From positions 7,254,001 through 7,318,000 of the forward strand of contig CATNEN010000029.1 of the NCBI GenBank assembly GCA_950097015.1: DNA of 64,000 bases. Reading direction: 5' to 3'. The stretch is from Macrostomum hystrix. Lineage: Eukaryota > Animalia > Platyhelminthes. Below the pieces are notes generated by a model. That model was not told the DNA's origin. It searched no databases and saw nothing but the letters and a program-made list of their open reading frames with translations. Both the position numbers and the translations under genes were made by a program. Shown piece by piece: positions 50,954 through 63,100 of the stretch (the first letter of the stretch is position 1; every line of letters begins with the position of its first letter).

Positions 50954-53900
50954 TCACAGGCGCTCCAGAGCGTCAACAAAGTCAAACAGTTCTGAGAACA
51001 TACTCAACCGGAGGCTTTTCTGCAGCACCCGATAGAAGGCCTCCGGCGCCTGCGATCGCATTCGCACTAGGAACCGCAAATGGCGACCCTCCAGTTTGTA
51101 GGCCTCCAGATGCGTTGGCAGCCTGTTGTCAAGAAGCCATTTGGCCACCTCCTCCGAGCTCCACTTAGTGTAGGCCGCCTCTGCAGCAGGCGGCTGCGGC
51201 TGCGGCGGCTTTGTCGGAGTAGTCTGAAGCGGCTGCCCCACAGACGGTGTTATTTCCTGCTCATGGGATTGCTGGCCGAGCACAGCCTGTTTGAGATATT
51301 TGAGCAGCTTTTCCAGGCTGTCCTCCTTGTTGCGGCCGAAGTTGTAGTAAAGCTTCGTCCCCATGATGAAACCCAGCCAGCCATCTGCTTTGTACTTGTT
51401 CTCCAACAGCAAAGGCACGAGAGTCTTCTGCTTGCGAACTGCGTACTCAGCTTCTGCAACACGTGCAGCAGGTACTCACAGCTCGATTTCATATTGCATT
51501 ATTTACCAGTTTGTTAAACGATATTTGGCCTTTCCAACACTAATCAGAAACCAAAACTAATCCGCCCGTAGTCCGCCCCTAAAATCAGTTCTCATCCGCC
51601 CCCAGTCCGCCCTAAAATCAGTTCTCATCCGCCCCCAGTCCGCCTTGAAATCAGAACTCATCCGCCCCCAGTCCGCCCTGAAATCAGAACTCATCCGCCC
51701 CCAGTCCGCCTTGAAATCACACTCATCCGCCCCCAGTCCGCCCTGAAATCAGAACTCATCCGCCCCAGTGACTCACCCATGCGGCAGTTGTCGCTTTCCT
51801 TGTAGCCCTTGCAGACGCACATGAGTACAACGGCGGAACCCTCCACTGCCTTAGCCATGCACTCTAACGTTGAGTCCTGCATTTTTTCGTAGTCCACCCA
51901 CACCTGTAAGAGATGGCCGTGCAAGTTGTTTACTTTAGAAATGGTTAAAGCTGACATTAAATAAGATGTCGACACGTAAACAAAGGAAAAAATCATTCAA
52001 TTGACACCTGAAATTTCTGAGCAGTCAGCTGAGGGCAAAGCCAGCGCACGAACTCAGTACTGCTGTGCTGATGATAGCTGATCATCACGTGACCAACTGG
52101 ACTGGCTGACGTAGAGCTGTCACCGAAGAGTTTGCCAACTGCGGAATTCGGCGGAGCAGACTGTGGTGGAGGTGGCGGCGGCGGCATTCTGGTCACATCG
52201 ACATCTGGTCGCATGTTGACAACGCTTGGTTTCTTCACAGAGGAGTTGGAGCACTGTGGCGGATTGCCGAGCTCATCTGTGGAATGTGTAAACTGTTTCT
52301 AAATAAAATATAATGTCCAATTTCATGCTGCACTGGGTATTTCATGCTAAACTGTAGGATTTCATATTAAACTGTAGGTTTTCATCATAAACTGGGTCAT
52401 TCCATAATAAACTGGGTCATTCCATAATAAACTGGGTCATTCCATATTAAACTGGGTCATTTCATATTAAACTGGGTCATTCCATAATAAACTGGGTCAT
52501 TTCATATTAAACTGGGTCATTCCATAATAAACTGGGTCATGACTCATTGGTTAATGCATTAAAAGAATTATATTGAGGAGTCAGAATTCTTCAGTCCATA
52601 CAAAGTCAGTATTGATTTGTCAGCAGTTAGCTGCAGCGCCTCACCAATTTCATCCGGCGCGAAGAAGCCATCGGTGGTGTAGACTTCCTCGATGTTGTAC
52701 TTGATGGCCTGCAGATCTCGGTGAGACTTCCAGAGCTGGTTGGACGCCAGTGTTCGCAGCTCCGGGCCGCAGATCTCTTTGAGGGCCGAAGCGCAGTCCA
52801 GACTAAACGACATGGACAGCAGGATCTTCAAAGCGCTGGCAATTTCGTCGCTTCTATCCGGCGGCGACTGGAGCATGGCGCTGAGGACTGGCAGGATGCC
52901 GCAGTCTATCAGCAGCGGCTTGTTGCCCTCGTTCTTTGTGAATTGGTAGGCGCCTGTGTGCAGTTTTTTTACCGTTTATAGTTCTTTATACTGCATTTTT
53001 CGTCGATGCCTAATATAAGTAGGAGAGTTTGAACCACTACAACTATTTTGGTTATATCAACGTAATTAGGTAAATATTCTGTGACTTAAGGGGATGTGCA
53101 ATGAGGGGATATGGAATGAGGGGATATAGAATGTCGGGATATGTAATGAGGGGATATGGAATGAGGGGATATGGAATGAGGGGATAAGGAATGAGGGGAT
53201 ATAGAATGTCAAGATATGGAATGAGGGGATATGGAATGAGGGGATATGGAATGAGGGGATATGGAATGAGGGGATATGGAATGAGGGGATATGGAATGAG
53301 GGGATATAGAATGAAGGGATATGGAATGAGGGGATATAGAATGTCGGGATATGGGATGAGGGGATATAGAATGTCTGGATATGTAATGAGGGGATATGGA
53401 ATGAGGGGATGAGGTGATTTTCAAAACTAGATGGAATAAGTAGGTATAAAAATAAATTAAGCGAAGTCCGCTCACACTTGGCCAGCTCAATCACGTGATA
53501 GCCATTGGAGCGGCGAGACGCGTGATTGTGGGCCAGTCGGAGATTATTCACCAGATAAGCGGCCAGCGAGTTCTCGTGAATGAGCAGCTTTGTGGCCTCC
53601 TCTTCGTTGCAGCTGAACACGAGCACAAGGAAAGCGGAGAACCTGAATCGCTCGTTGTCAGATTTGAGGAAAGGCCGCGCTGTCTCTACAAACTTGTATT
53701 CGGCCAGGTTAAAGAAGATGTCGCTGTTGCCCTTAAACAGCATGTTGTACACAAGGCTGATGGCCTGGCGCAGCCGCTTGTCAACGTAGTCTGGAAGCTG
53801 GCCGTTCAGGTGGGCATCGGCCCAGTCTCGCTGCATCTCGGCGCTGAGCCGCAGTGCCCAGTCGTTGTGCGATAGCGCCAGTGCGAATGCCTCGCTCTGG

Positions 53901-54400
53901 TCAGTGTAGTTCTGGCACAGTGTCAGCACGTAGGCCAGCAGGTTCAGCTGCTCCTTCTTTGGGGCGCCCTCCGGCCCAATGAAGTAAGTTTGCCGCTCCG
54001 AGTTGAACGCCTCGAAAGCCAGCCGGCAGAGATTGTCAAGTAGGCCGTCAGCTTGGACTATGCTAGCTACTTTCTGCTCTCGCAGCTGAACAATGTCCGG
54101 CTCGGTTAGGCGCGACGATTTTATATAATAATTCTGTGTCAGTTTGAGCACCTGATTGCGAAACTTTGCGGTGCCGGTGTCGCCCTCGTCCAGGTGTCTC
54201 TGAACTCCGCGAATCGCCTCGGCGTTGCGCTCTAGAGTGTGCCGCCTCAGCGTCTCCAAGCTTGCGCGCGGATCTGACTCCGGGTCGGTGCCGGACTCCG
54301 ACCGACTGGGCTGCTCCGGCTTCAGCAGATCCTCGGCATCCGAGTCCGATAAAATGCCATCCGTGGTGCTCTCCACTTTGATTGACTTAGAGATGTTCAT
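50954..54400 (-). CDS. ARM-repeat / TIR (TIR_2-type) / SAM-like protein, 709 aa, 5 exons: complement 53476..54400, 52645..52953, 52008..52276, 51777..51903, 50954..51453
   Basis: Phase-consistent GT-AG splicing, 2130 nt in total. TIR: HVMISY..VWVDYEKMQDSTLECMAKAVEGSAVVLMCVCKGYKESDNCRM-E-AEYA..VPLLLE..DGWLGFIMGTKLYYNF. SAM-like: KWSSEEVAKWL..LEGRHL. ARM-like: NEGNKPLLIDCGILPVLSAML. Confidence 0.88.
51560..51770. repeat. ~33-bp minisatellite in TIR-gene intron 4
   Basis: Tandem CATCCGCCCCCAGTCCGCCCTGAAATCAGAACT. Confidence 0.9.
52340..52540. repeat. 20-bp minisatellite in TIR-gene intron 2
   Basis: Tandem ACTGGGTCATTCCATAATAA. Confidence 0.88.
53095..53410. repeat. 15-bp minisatellite in TIR-gene intron 1
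   Basis: Tandem GGGGATATGGAATGA. Confidence 0.92.
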
Positions 54401-54474
54401 GTCTGCAAGTGGGATATGGGATTTGAGCGGTTAGAGATGTCGTGAGGATGTGAGATTCGAGCGGTTGAAGAGGT

Positions 54475-54870
54475 TCTGAGGATCTGGCATTTATCTTTAG
54501 ACTAATCCTGAGGATCTGGGAAGTGATCTATGGACTCAATCCTGAGGATCTGGGAGGTTATCTATGGTCTCAATCCTGAGGATCTGGCAGGTTATCTATG
54601 GTCTCGATACTGAGGATCTGGGAGGTTATCTATGGACTCAATCCTGAGGATCTGGGAGGTTATCTATGGACTCAATCCTGAGGATCTGGCAGGTTATCTA
54701 TGGACTCAATCCTGAGGATCTGGGAGGTTATCTATGGTCTCGATACTGAGGATCTGGGAGGTTATCTATGGACTCAATCCTGAGGATCTGGGAGGTTATC
54801 GGTGGTCTCAATCCTGAGGATCTGGGAGGTTATCGGTGGTCTCAATTCTGAGGATCTGGGAGGTTTAGCT
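54475..54870. repeat. 34-bp minisatellite upstream of the TIR-gene start exon
   Basis: Tandem CCTGAGGATCTGGGAGGTTATCTATGGACTCAAT. Confidence 0.92.
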
Positions 54871-55609
54871 GTGGAAAGAGTCCACTCGAACAAACACAAG
54901 AGGCAACAGACCATTTTTTACATGTAATTTTTCTTTTTAAGTTTAAATATTTGTGCGTGCATTATAAATAGCAACATTTATTGCATAAATACATTATTGT
55001 ATAAATACGAAAAATACATTGATCTAAAAATACTGCTCAGACAAAAATATGATAAAAATCCAATAATTGCAGTGCATTTGTGCCTTTTTTGGACAAAAAC
55101 TTTAGCAGAAATGTGGATGCTTTAGCCCCTGCTCAGCCTAGTTGAAGCTTGAGCAATACACTTAGTTCCTAAGGTTATAGCTCATGCTTGTAGACAGACA
55201 ATGAGATTATAATAAAATTGTAAAAACTTTTAAGCAATGCTTGGTTAATCTATTGCAAGTGCTTAACAAAAAACTAATACTGATGTATCTATAGAAAACA
55301 ACATTATAGGTATTATTATTATTCGTAGTTTGCCCTTCCTGACTTCTCGTAGAAATTGTCCCTACAGAAAGTTGAGAAAGTATCCGTTTTCTAATATCAA
55401 AATCAGGGTGTGGATGCAAAGCTGCAACTTTGGCTACAAAAAACTAACCAACAAGAAAAATGTAGCAGTTCATTAAACCGGCTGAAATTTATCTACTAGA
55501 CAAAGATAAAACTCAACTAGGCTAAACTATTGAACACCAAATTAAACAAAAGTATATAACAGAAAATTCTGTTCACGACTTTGACAAGAAAATCACAAAC
55601 CGTCACAAT

Positions 55610-56190
55610 GTCAGTCCCACCTGCTCACAACCAGTCAGTCCAGCCCGCCCATCACACTCACAATTTCAGTCCCGCCCGCCCACCACCCCTCTCAGTGTCA
55701 GTGCCGCTCGCCCACCACCCCTCTCAGTGTCAGTGCCGCCCGCCCACCACCCCTCACAATGCCAGTGCCGCCCGCCCACCACCCCTCTCAGTGTCAGTCC
55801 CGCCCGCCCACCACCCCTCTCAGTGTCAGTGCCGCCCGCCCACCACCCCTCACAATGCCAGTGCCGCCCGCCCACCACCCCTCTCAGTGTCAGTCCCGCC
55901 CGCCCACCACCCCTCTCAGTGTCAGTGCCGCCCGCCCACCACCCCTCACAATGCCAGTGCCGCCCGCCCACCACCCCTCTCAGTGTCAGTGCCGCCCGCC
56001 CACCACCCCTCTCAGTGTCAGTGCCGCTCGCCCACCACCCCTCTCAGTGTCAGTGCCGCCCGCCCACCACCCCTCACAATGCCAGTGCCGCCCGCCCACC
56101 ACCCCTCTCAGTGTCAGTGCCGCCCGCCCACCACCCCTCTCAGTGTCAGTGCCGCCCGCCCACCACCCCTCACAATGTCAGTCCCGCCAG
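55610..56190. repeat. 31/32-bp minisatellite just downstream of the MBLAC2 stop
   Basis: Tandem CAGTGTCAGTGCCGCCCGCCCACCACCCCTCT. Confidence 0.93.
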
Positions 56191-56210
56191 CCAACCACCC
56201 CAGCAGGCGG

Positions 56211-57098
56211 TCAGGCTCGCGACTTCTCTAGGCAGGCCCGCACGCAGCCGCAGCAGCAGGCGTATCGCAGGCAGGTGGCGCATCCGTCGTTAGAGTTTCT
56301 GGCCTTCAAATAAGCGCAATAGATGATCCTATTGAGGCAGCTGCACAGCTGGTAGGCTGGCCGGCTTGATCTGGCAAGGTAGGCAGAGAGCAGGTGACGC
56401 AGCTCGTTAGGCCCGAATGGATCAAAATGGCCGGGACAGACCAGGCGGACGCGGGGCGCCAGTTCTAGCAGGCGGCGACAGCTGCGCCTGTACTGGGCCA
56501 CACTGCTGCCAGGCAGGATGTCCAGAAATCTGTCGGACAAGTAGACGGTGTCTCCGCTGAACAATAGGCCGTCACGTTCGCACCAGAGTGCCAGGCTGCC
56601 AGAAGAATGGCCAGGACAGTGCAGAACCCGGATTTGGCGACCGTCGCCAAGATCAAAGACGTGACCGTCCTGCAGTCGCAGCTTGGGCTGGGCCGGCCTG
56701 ACTCGGTATGGCGGCATCGTCGGCGGCAGTTCGCCGCGCGGCACAAAGGTGACACAGGCGTACTGATCGGCAGCGGCCAGTGCGGCGGCTTCACTGGCGT
56801 GCAGGGCGGTCAGCTGGAACTGGTGCATGCCACCGGCGTGATCGAAGTGGGCGTGAGTGGCCACGGCAGTCAGCGGCCGGTCGGGCGTCTGCGGAGCTAG
56901 GCCGGTCGAGCTGAGATGGCCGGGCAGGTCCCAGAGGCCCAGGCCGGTGTCCACCAGCAGGTCGGAGTCGCGGCCGCGGATGAGCCAGATGTTGGCCCGG
57001 TTACTGGAAAGAAACCTGCGCTCTCGGATCAGAAACACCCCCGGCTGCACCTCCGAGTGGAGGAAGTCGGTCGCGTCGTCGTCATCCGCAACTTTCAT
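56211..57098 (-). CDS. MBLAC2: Metallo-beta-lactamase domain-containing protein 2 (acyl-CoA thioesterase type), intronless
   Basis: NRANIWLIRG..DTGLG, HAHFDH metal motif, PGHSSGS, LFSGD and PGHF, collinear with MBLAC2; Cys-rich tail. Confidence 0.9.
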   Translation of the reverse strand: MKVADDDDATDFLHSEVQPGVFLIRERRFLSSNRANIWLIRGRDSDLLVDTGLGLWDLPGHLSSTGLAPQTPDRPLTAVATHAHFDHAGGMHQFQLTALHASEAAALAAADQYACVTFVPRGELPPTMPPYRVRPAQPKLRLQDGHVFDLGDGRQIRVLHCPGHSSGSLALWCERDGLLFSGDTVYLSDRFLDILPGSSVAQYRRSCRRLLELAPRVRLVCPGHFDPFGPNELRHLLSAYLARSSRPAYQLCSCLNRIIYCAYLKARNSNDGCATCLRYACCCGCVRACLEKSRA

Positions 57099-60000
57099 AT
57101 CTTGGTCGACATCGCGTCGATAGTCGTCAGCTGCATCGGCAGCCAGCGGCGATGTTGGCAGCCGCTGCTGAAAATAGTGAATGTCAATCGGTTATTAATT
57201 TCGACTGACCCAGTCTTACCCCACAGTCCCAGGTAGAGTCAATGCCATCCATCTACAATCCCAGACACCGTCAATCCACAATCATAAAGTCATAAAAGAT
57301 AGTAATTACTAATATGCAATGTACCTGCTAGTGACTTTATTGCGTAGGATGCAAGATTTTCTTTAGCTATGTTCAGAAAAAAATCTGGTCGCGCAGCTGT
57401 GCCTAAAGCTATACTTTGAGAACTGTGCTGCAGCCAGAGGTGCGATAGCTATATGATTCTGCGAATAATTAGGCTTTGCTGGCTGAATGACCCAACAGTT
57501 GAAAAGGGAATTTCATAGACAGGACAGTGAGGATGTCGTGAGAGACAGGGGAGAGATCAATGTGCAAAGTCTCTGAGCCTGCTGCTAGCAAGCAAGAGCG
57601 TGTACTTTTAAATCAAAGTCCCTCACTGGGGACTCACTGGAGACACAGCTCACTGGGACAAGCTCAATGATTGAGATGAGCGAAATCCATTTTATTTAAC
57701 CTATCTCGTCTTTCTCTTTGCCCTAGCTTCACTTCACTGTTGCTTCAAGCTGTTATCGAGAGAGCAGCTATGCAGAGAAAACCCGAACAAAATATCAAGT
57801 TTTTTGCCTCGAAAGTATTTGCTTTAATGTGATCTTCGGTTTTTCAGAGCTTTTCATAGTTTTATGGGAAGCAGGTGCTGATCCACTGAATAACATTTTC
57901 TAAGAAATAAAAAGTCAAAACCACACGACAATACTGGTAACATAAATAGAAACTTCTGCAAAAAGTAAAACCAAAGTATTTTCACTGTGTTTTGTGTCGA
58001 TGCACGATTCCGACATAAGGAAACAAAAAGAAACCCAATCAGCTTTAGAATTCAATTTCTAACTCTATGCAACAAAGAAAGAATACCTACATTTAAAATT
58101 ACAATACAGATTTTTTTAGTTAGTAAAAGGTAAAACAGACACATGCCAGTATATATACCGCAAAAAGATTGTTGAGAACTTTAACATATTTTAACATAAA
58201 AATGTGGGTGCAATCAAGCTATCAGTTAAAATATATATAGATAGGCATCTGCTTACCATTACCAGATGTTCCATAAGCACATTTTATTAAATTTGATTTC
58301 TAGGATCAGAACAGGGATTTGTGACCGATTGATTTAGGACTTAGGATGCGATTAGTGAGTTATGGTTAACAAAAAAGCCAATTAAAAATGTCTGGCTTTA
58401 TCCTAAACTGAATAATAATTGAATACATAATGATACACATGTTAATTGCCATACAAAAAGTGGTTTAGATAATTTGCTTTATTTTCTCAGTACTTTTATT
58501 AAAAATAATACACAAATTAAAAGCTACTAAAAACTAAGAAAACTGTGCCTGGTGTAAAATAAACTACTGCGCGTCAGTCCGCTGCGAACGCGTATAATAT
58601 CGAAATTAACACTGCATCTCGCGCAAGTTAAAAGATGGGGTACCTTCGCAACAACAATTATATACAGGCCTCCTGTAAAGTGAAACAGAAAAACAAATAT
58701 AAGCTCCCACATAATTGAAATAAATACTTTACGCATAGAAATCTTTCCGAGATACTTAATAAAAACATTCATTTTGGTTTATATCAGAAATGCATATACG
58801 GATATGTAAGTGTGAATACACACAAATTGCGAGATTTCAAGGAAATGCATTGAATAACGGCGAGGTTCCGAAACTTTTGAAACTATATGCTATTAGCTAA
58901 TGTGCTTTTTCCTTTTATATATCTATATACTGAAAACATATATATCAGACTAGCTCGTTTCATGCGTATATTTTTTATGTTCACATACAGTTCTGTTGTT
59001 CTGTATGTGTATGTGTTAAATATCTAGCTTTGTGGCTTAAATTGGTAATTAGTTTAGGTTTTGCATTCGATAGTTTAATTCACATTATTAATTCTTAAGA
59101 TTTTTTAAATAGATAGTGTCTTAAAGCTAAAGAAATTACTGCACTAATATAAATACATGTAATGGTAGCCTAGTGTATCATTATAAAAGGATAAATGCTT
59201 ATTTGTCATTTATCTAATGTTACATAAAAACTTTTTTGTTTTTGCTAGTTTAAGATTGAATCTGAAAAATGAATTGTATTTTTTTATAAAATAATGTGTA
59301 ACTTATGACTGTCTGTTTTAGTATTATTAATATTATTTATTTATATGATATAGTTTCTAATTTATTATTACTAGTCATTTATGATTTCTGACTCTTATAA
59401 CCTGTTAAGGAGTTCAAACAGATCTCACGAAAGTAACTATTTGAATAACAAAAGCAAATAATTTTTTTGCATTGTGCTCTGTGTGGATCGTTTCATCCAT
59501 ATTCAAGTTTATAATAGTTTTGAATATATATGTATCAAATATAATGTAATACAAGTGTGCAGAGAACTTATGAAATAATCTTTCATTTTACTTTAGTGAT
59601 AGTAAATGCACACTAATGTAGAGGTTCATATTTTAGCAAATATCTTTGAACTGCTTTTTATGAAAATATGACATTCATAAGTAATTTTTTGTACAGTTGG
59701 CACCTCATCAGTTAAGCAACTTTATTAGCTTAACATAATTATAATATATTTTAGATAAAATATATATACAATTGTATTTATTGTTCTATGATCTAAAAAG
59801 TCCAAGACTTTCACTTACCACTCTTACTAATTCCCCAGTAAATTTTTATAACCCTTTCTACCATATATAGTAGCTATATTATGAACTTTGAGCAAGTAGT
59901 ATTACTAAAAAATGTCTTAAGTCTTCTAAATGAGTATGATTAAACTCCAATCGATCCCACTGCCTCTGATCATGAAAAAATTTCCTTGTAACTCGAACTA

Positions 60001-60186
60001 ATAATTTATTAATAAAACTTAGCAAATTTTAAATTTCAGATAAATATTTGTTTAACTCGTGTGTTGTGTTTCAGATTCATCTAATCTTCACCTACCAAGT
60101 TATTTTAGAATCAGTCTAAAAGTGCTCTAAAATTATTAAAAGTCCACAAAGACCACAATTTCCGCGTGGAACAGCCGCAGGCAGCC

Positions 60187-63100
60187 ATGATTCCAGCATT
60201 CGAAGTGGCCCAGTTTGTCAGCGACGAGCAGGCTTGGCGCGAGCTGGCCGACCCGAGAAAGTTTCCCCTGCCGCCAGACCTGGAGCCCGAGTGCGAGCTG
60301 GACGCCAGGTGGTATTTTTTAACTCTTATTTTGATGCAAGAATCCCCATTGTCACGTGATTAGGTTCTTATCCGATAGCTGGCTAGTTATTCCAAACCCC
60401 ATCACAACCGAGTGTTTGTGTGTGCTCAGGGGTCAATGGGTTGGTCAGAATTGTCTCCTCGCTAGCTGCGGGTCTAGTGTCACCAAAAGAGGTGCCGTTC
60501 TGCAATCATTGTTATTATTATTATTATTAATATCATATCCTATATCCTATATCACACAACAAGGTCCTGTGATCGAGTTCCAGAGCCCACGCTCATTTTG
60601 GTTGAATTCGACCAGATTGTTGGCCAGAACATCCTGCTGACTCAGCCGACCCTGGCCACCTCCGCTGTTGATCGGCTGAACGAATCGCTGCAGGTGGTTT
60701 TCGGAGTCAACTATCAGGAGGCCGCTGCGGCTGCCCAATTCAGCATTGTGCCCGAGAGCACTTCAGTGTTTCCTGATATCGAATTTCCTACCTATGTGAG
60801 TTAGCTTGCGGTAGCTAGCTTGGTTCTGGTGATAGTTGGCTTGATTCTTGTGATAGTTAGCTTGATTCTGGTGATATTCAGCTTGATTCTTGTGATAGTT
60901 GGCTTGATTATTGTGATAGTCAGCTTGATTCTTGTGATATTAGCTTGGTTCTGGTGATAGTTAGCTTGGTTCTGGTGATAGTCAGCTTGGTTCTGTTGAT
61001 AGTTAGCTTGGTTCTGGTGATAGTCAGCTTGGTTCTGTTGATAGTTAGCTTGGTTCTTGTGATAGTTGGCTTGATTCTGGTGATAGTCAGCTTGATTCTG
61101 GTGATAGTTGGCTTGATTCTTGTGATAGTCAGCTTGATTATTGTGATATTAGCTTGGTTCTTGTGAAGCCCAAGACTTGTAAGTCTTCATCCTCACTCCA
61201 TACCGCAGGCTCGCTACTTCACAGTGTACGATGTGGAAGGCCGGGGCCTTGTTCGCAACTGCTGCCTGTGCTTCCTGGCTGACTCAGCCGAGTAAGGAAG
61301 CTTCTATGATAAAAACTTTTTTGGCTATTTTTAATTTAACAACATATTAAACATAGTAACATAATATTTTTTTTCAAAATTTGTCTACCAATGCTTGTGT
61401 GTTTCCGCCTGTAGAATGCGAACGAAATACTTAAGTACTCTTTAGAATAAAGAGTTTCTAGAGAGGTTGTAGCCTAGTGGTTAGGGCGTCGGACTCACGA
61501 CTTGAAGGTCGGGGGTTCGATTCCCGACTCCCCTGAACAATTTGTGTCCTTTAGCAAGACACTTAACTCTGCATTGCTTCAGTTCACCCAGCTGTTAAAT
61601 GGGTACCAGCATCAGCTGGGATAATTGAAGGTGGGTGTGGCGTCCCCCCAGTCCATGGACTGAACAGCTGTACGCAGCCTTCAGATGCGCCGCGCATTAA
61701 CTGCGGCTGTGCTGTCGGCTGCACATCTGACCCAATTAGGGCACGTGTAATCAATTATTATTGTTAGAATAAAAATTTTACTATTATACGAGCTAATTTT
61801 GCAGCCAACTCTACAAATACCTGGACTGCATTGAGGCCCAGCTAAATAGACTTTTAAGCCGGTTCACTGCTCAAAATTTGAACAACTTTTGGCGCGCTTT
61901 GCACGACCGGCTTCGAAATTTGGAGTACACTAAAGGTAGGCAACTGTTGGGTTTATTGGGGGGAGGGCAGGTTGTGACCGAATTGGGGACACTGATTAGG
62001 GTGATATTGTGACCGAATTAGGAACACTGATTAGGCCTAGGGTGACATTGTGACCTTATTGAGGACACTGATTGGAGCGACATTTTGACAAACTCTGGGA
62101 CACTGGTTGGAATGACATTATGACAGAATCAAGAACACTGATTGGAGCGACATTGTGACCAAATTGGGGACACTGATTGGAGTGACAATTTGACAAACTC
62201 TGGGACACTAATTGGAGTGACATTTTGAAAAACTCTGGGACACTGATTGGAGTGACATTTTGACAAACTCTGGGACACTGATTGGAGTGACATTTTGACA
62301 AACTCTGGGACACTAATTGGAGTGACATTTTGACCATATTGACCAGATTTAGGTTTTTCTTTTGCCAATGGAGAAAGTAAACTGTCTACCTTGCCGACCC
62401 TTCGCAGACCAGCTGGCAATCTACCAGGCCTCTCCAGAAAGCCTGACCGGTCGTTTAACCTCGGACGAGGTTCGAACCCTGGCGCTGACTGACCAGGCCG
62501 GCTTAGACAGCAGCGTAGGCGGTGTGCGGACTGCCATTCGAGTGGTTCGCGAGTTCGCCGACGCCGCCGCCAATTCATCGTCGACAACTTTGGACTTGCC
62601 TCAAGAGAATGAGGCGCCAGTGTCTGTGCGTGTTTTACATTTTTGAAAGTAAAAATACAGCTCTTCTGCTTCAATATAACTGGCCTCACAGGAGACAAAA
62701 CACTAATTTCACTTCAGCAGTCTCCGACTCTGGTTAAGATTATGAGCATTCACGCGTCGGATGCCAAACGCGAAATGAAACCAATCTGGCAGTTGCTGGG
62801 CGAGGACAGGGGCGCCCTGATTGGCCTCATGGCCGATGCTGTCAAGGTGAAACTTCTATTATCACGAATTAAGGAAGGTATCGGACTGAAGGAGTGGAGG
62901 ATTCAGTGGCTGTATCGGGCTGAAGGAGTGGAGGATTCAGTGGCTGTATCGGGCTGAAGGAGTGGAGGATTCAGTGGCTGTATCGGGCTGAAGGAGTGGA
63001 GGATTCAGTGGCTGTATCGGGCTGAAGGAGTGGAGGATTCAGTGGCTGGTATCATTCTAATTTGAGTCAGCGAGTCTCTTTATTGGCTCTCTTTAATTAT

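Noticed and set aside
61463-61535. tRNA gene (also at 6203, 31357, and the reverse-strand heads ending at 13064 and 32062)
   Set aside because: A/B boxes are present, but there is no paired acceptor stem and each head continues into a shared SINE body.
61640-61745. Twister or HDV ribozyme in the SINE A tail
   Set aside because: A P1-UAA-P2-like skeleton exists on the minus strand but lacks P4 and the pseudoknot loops, and the HDV L3 and J4/2 motifs are absent.
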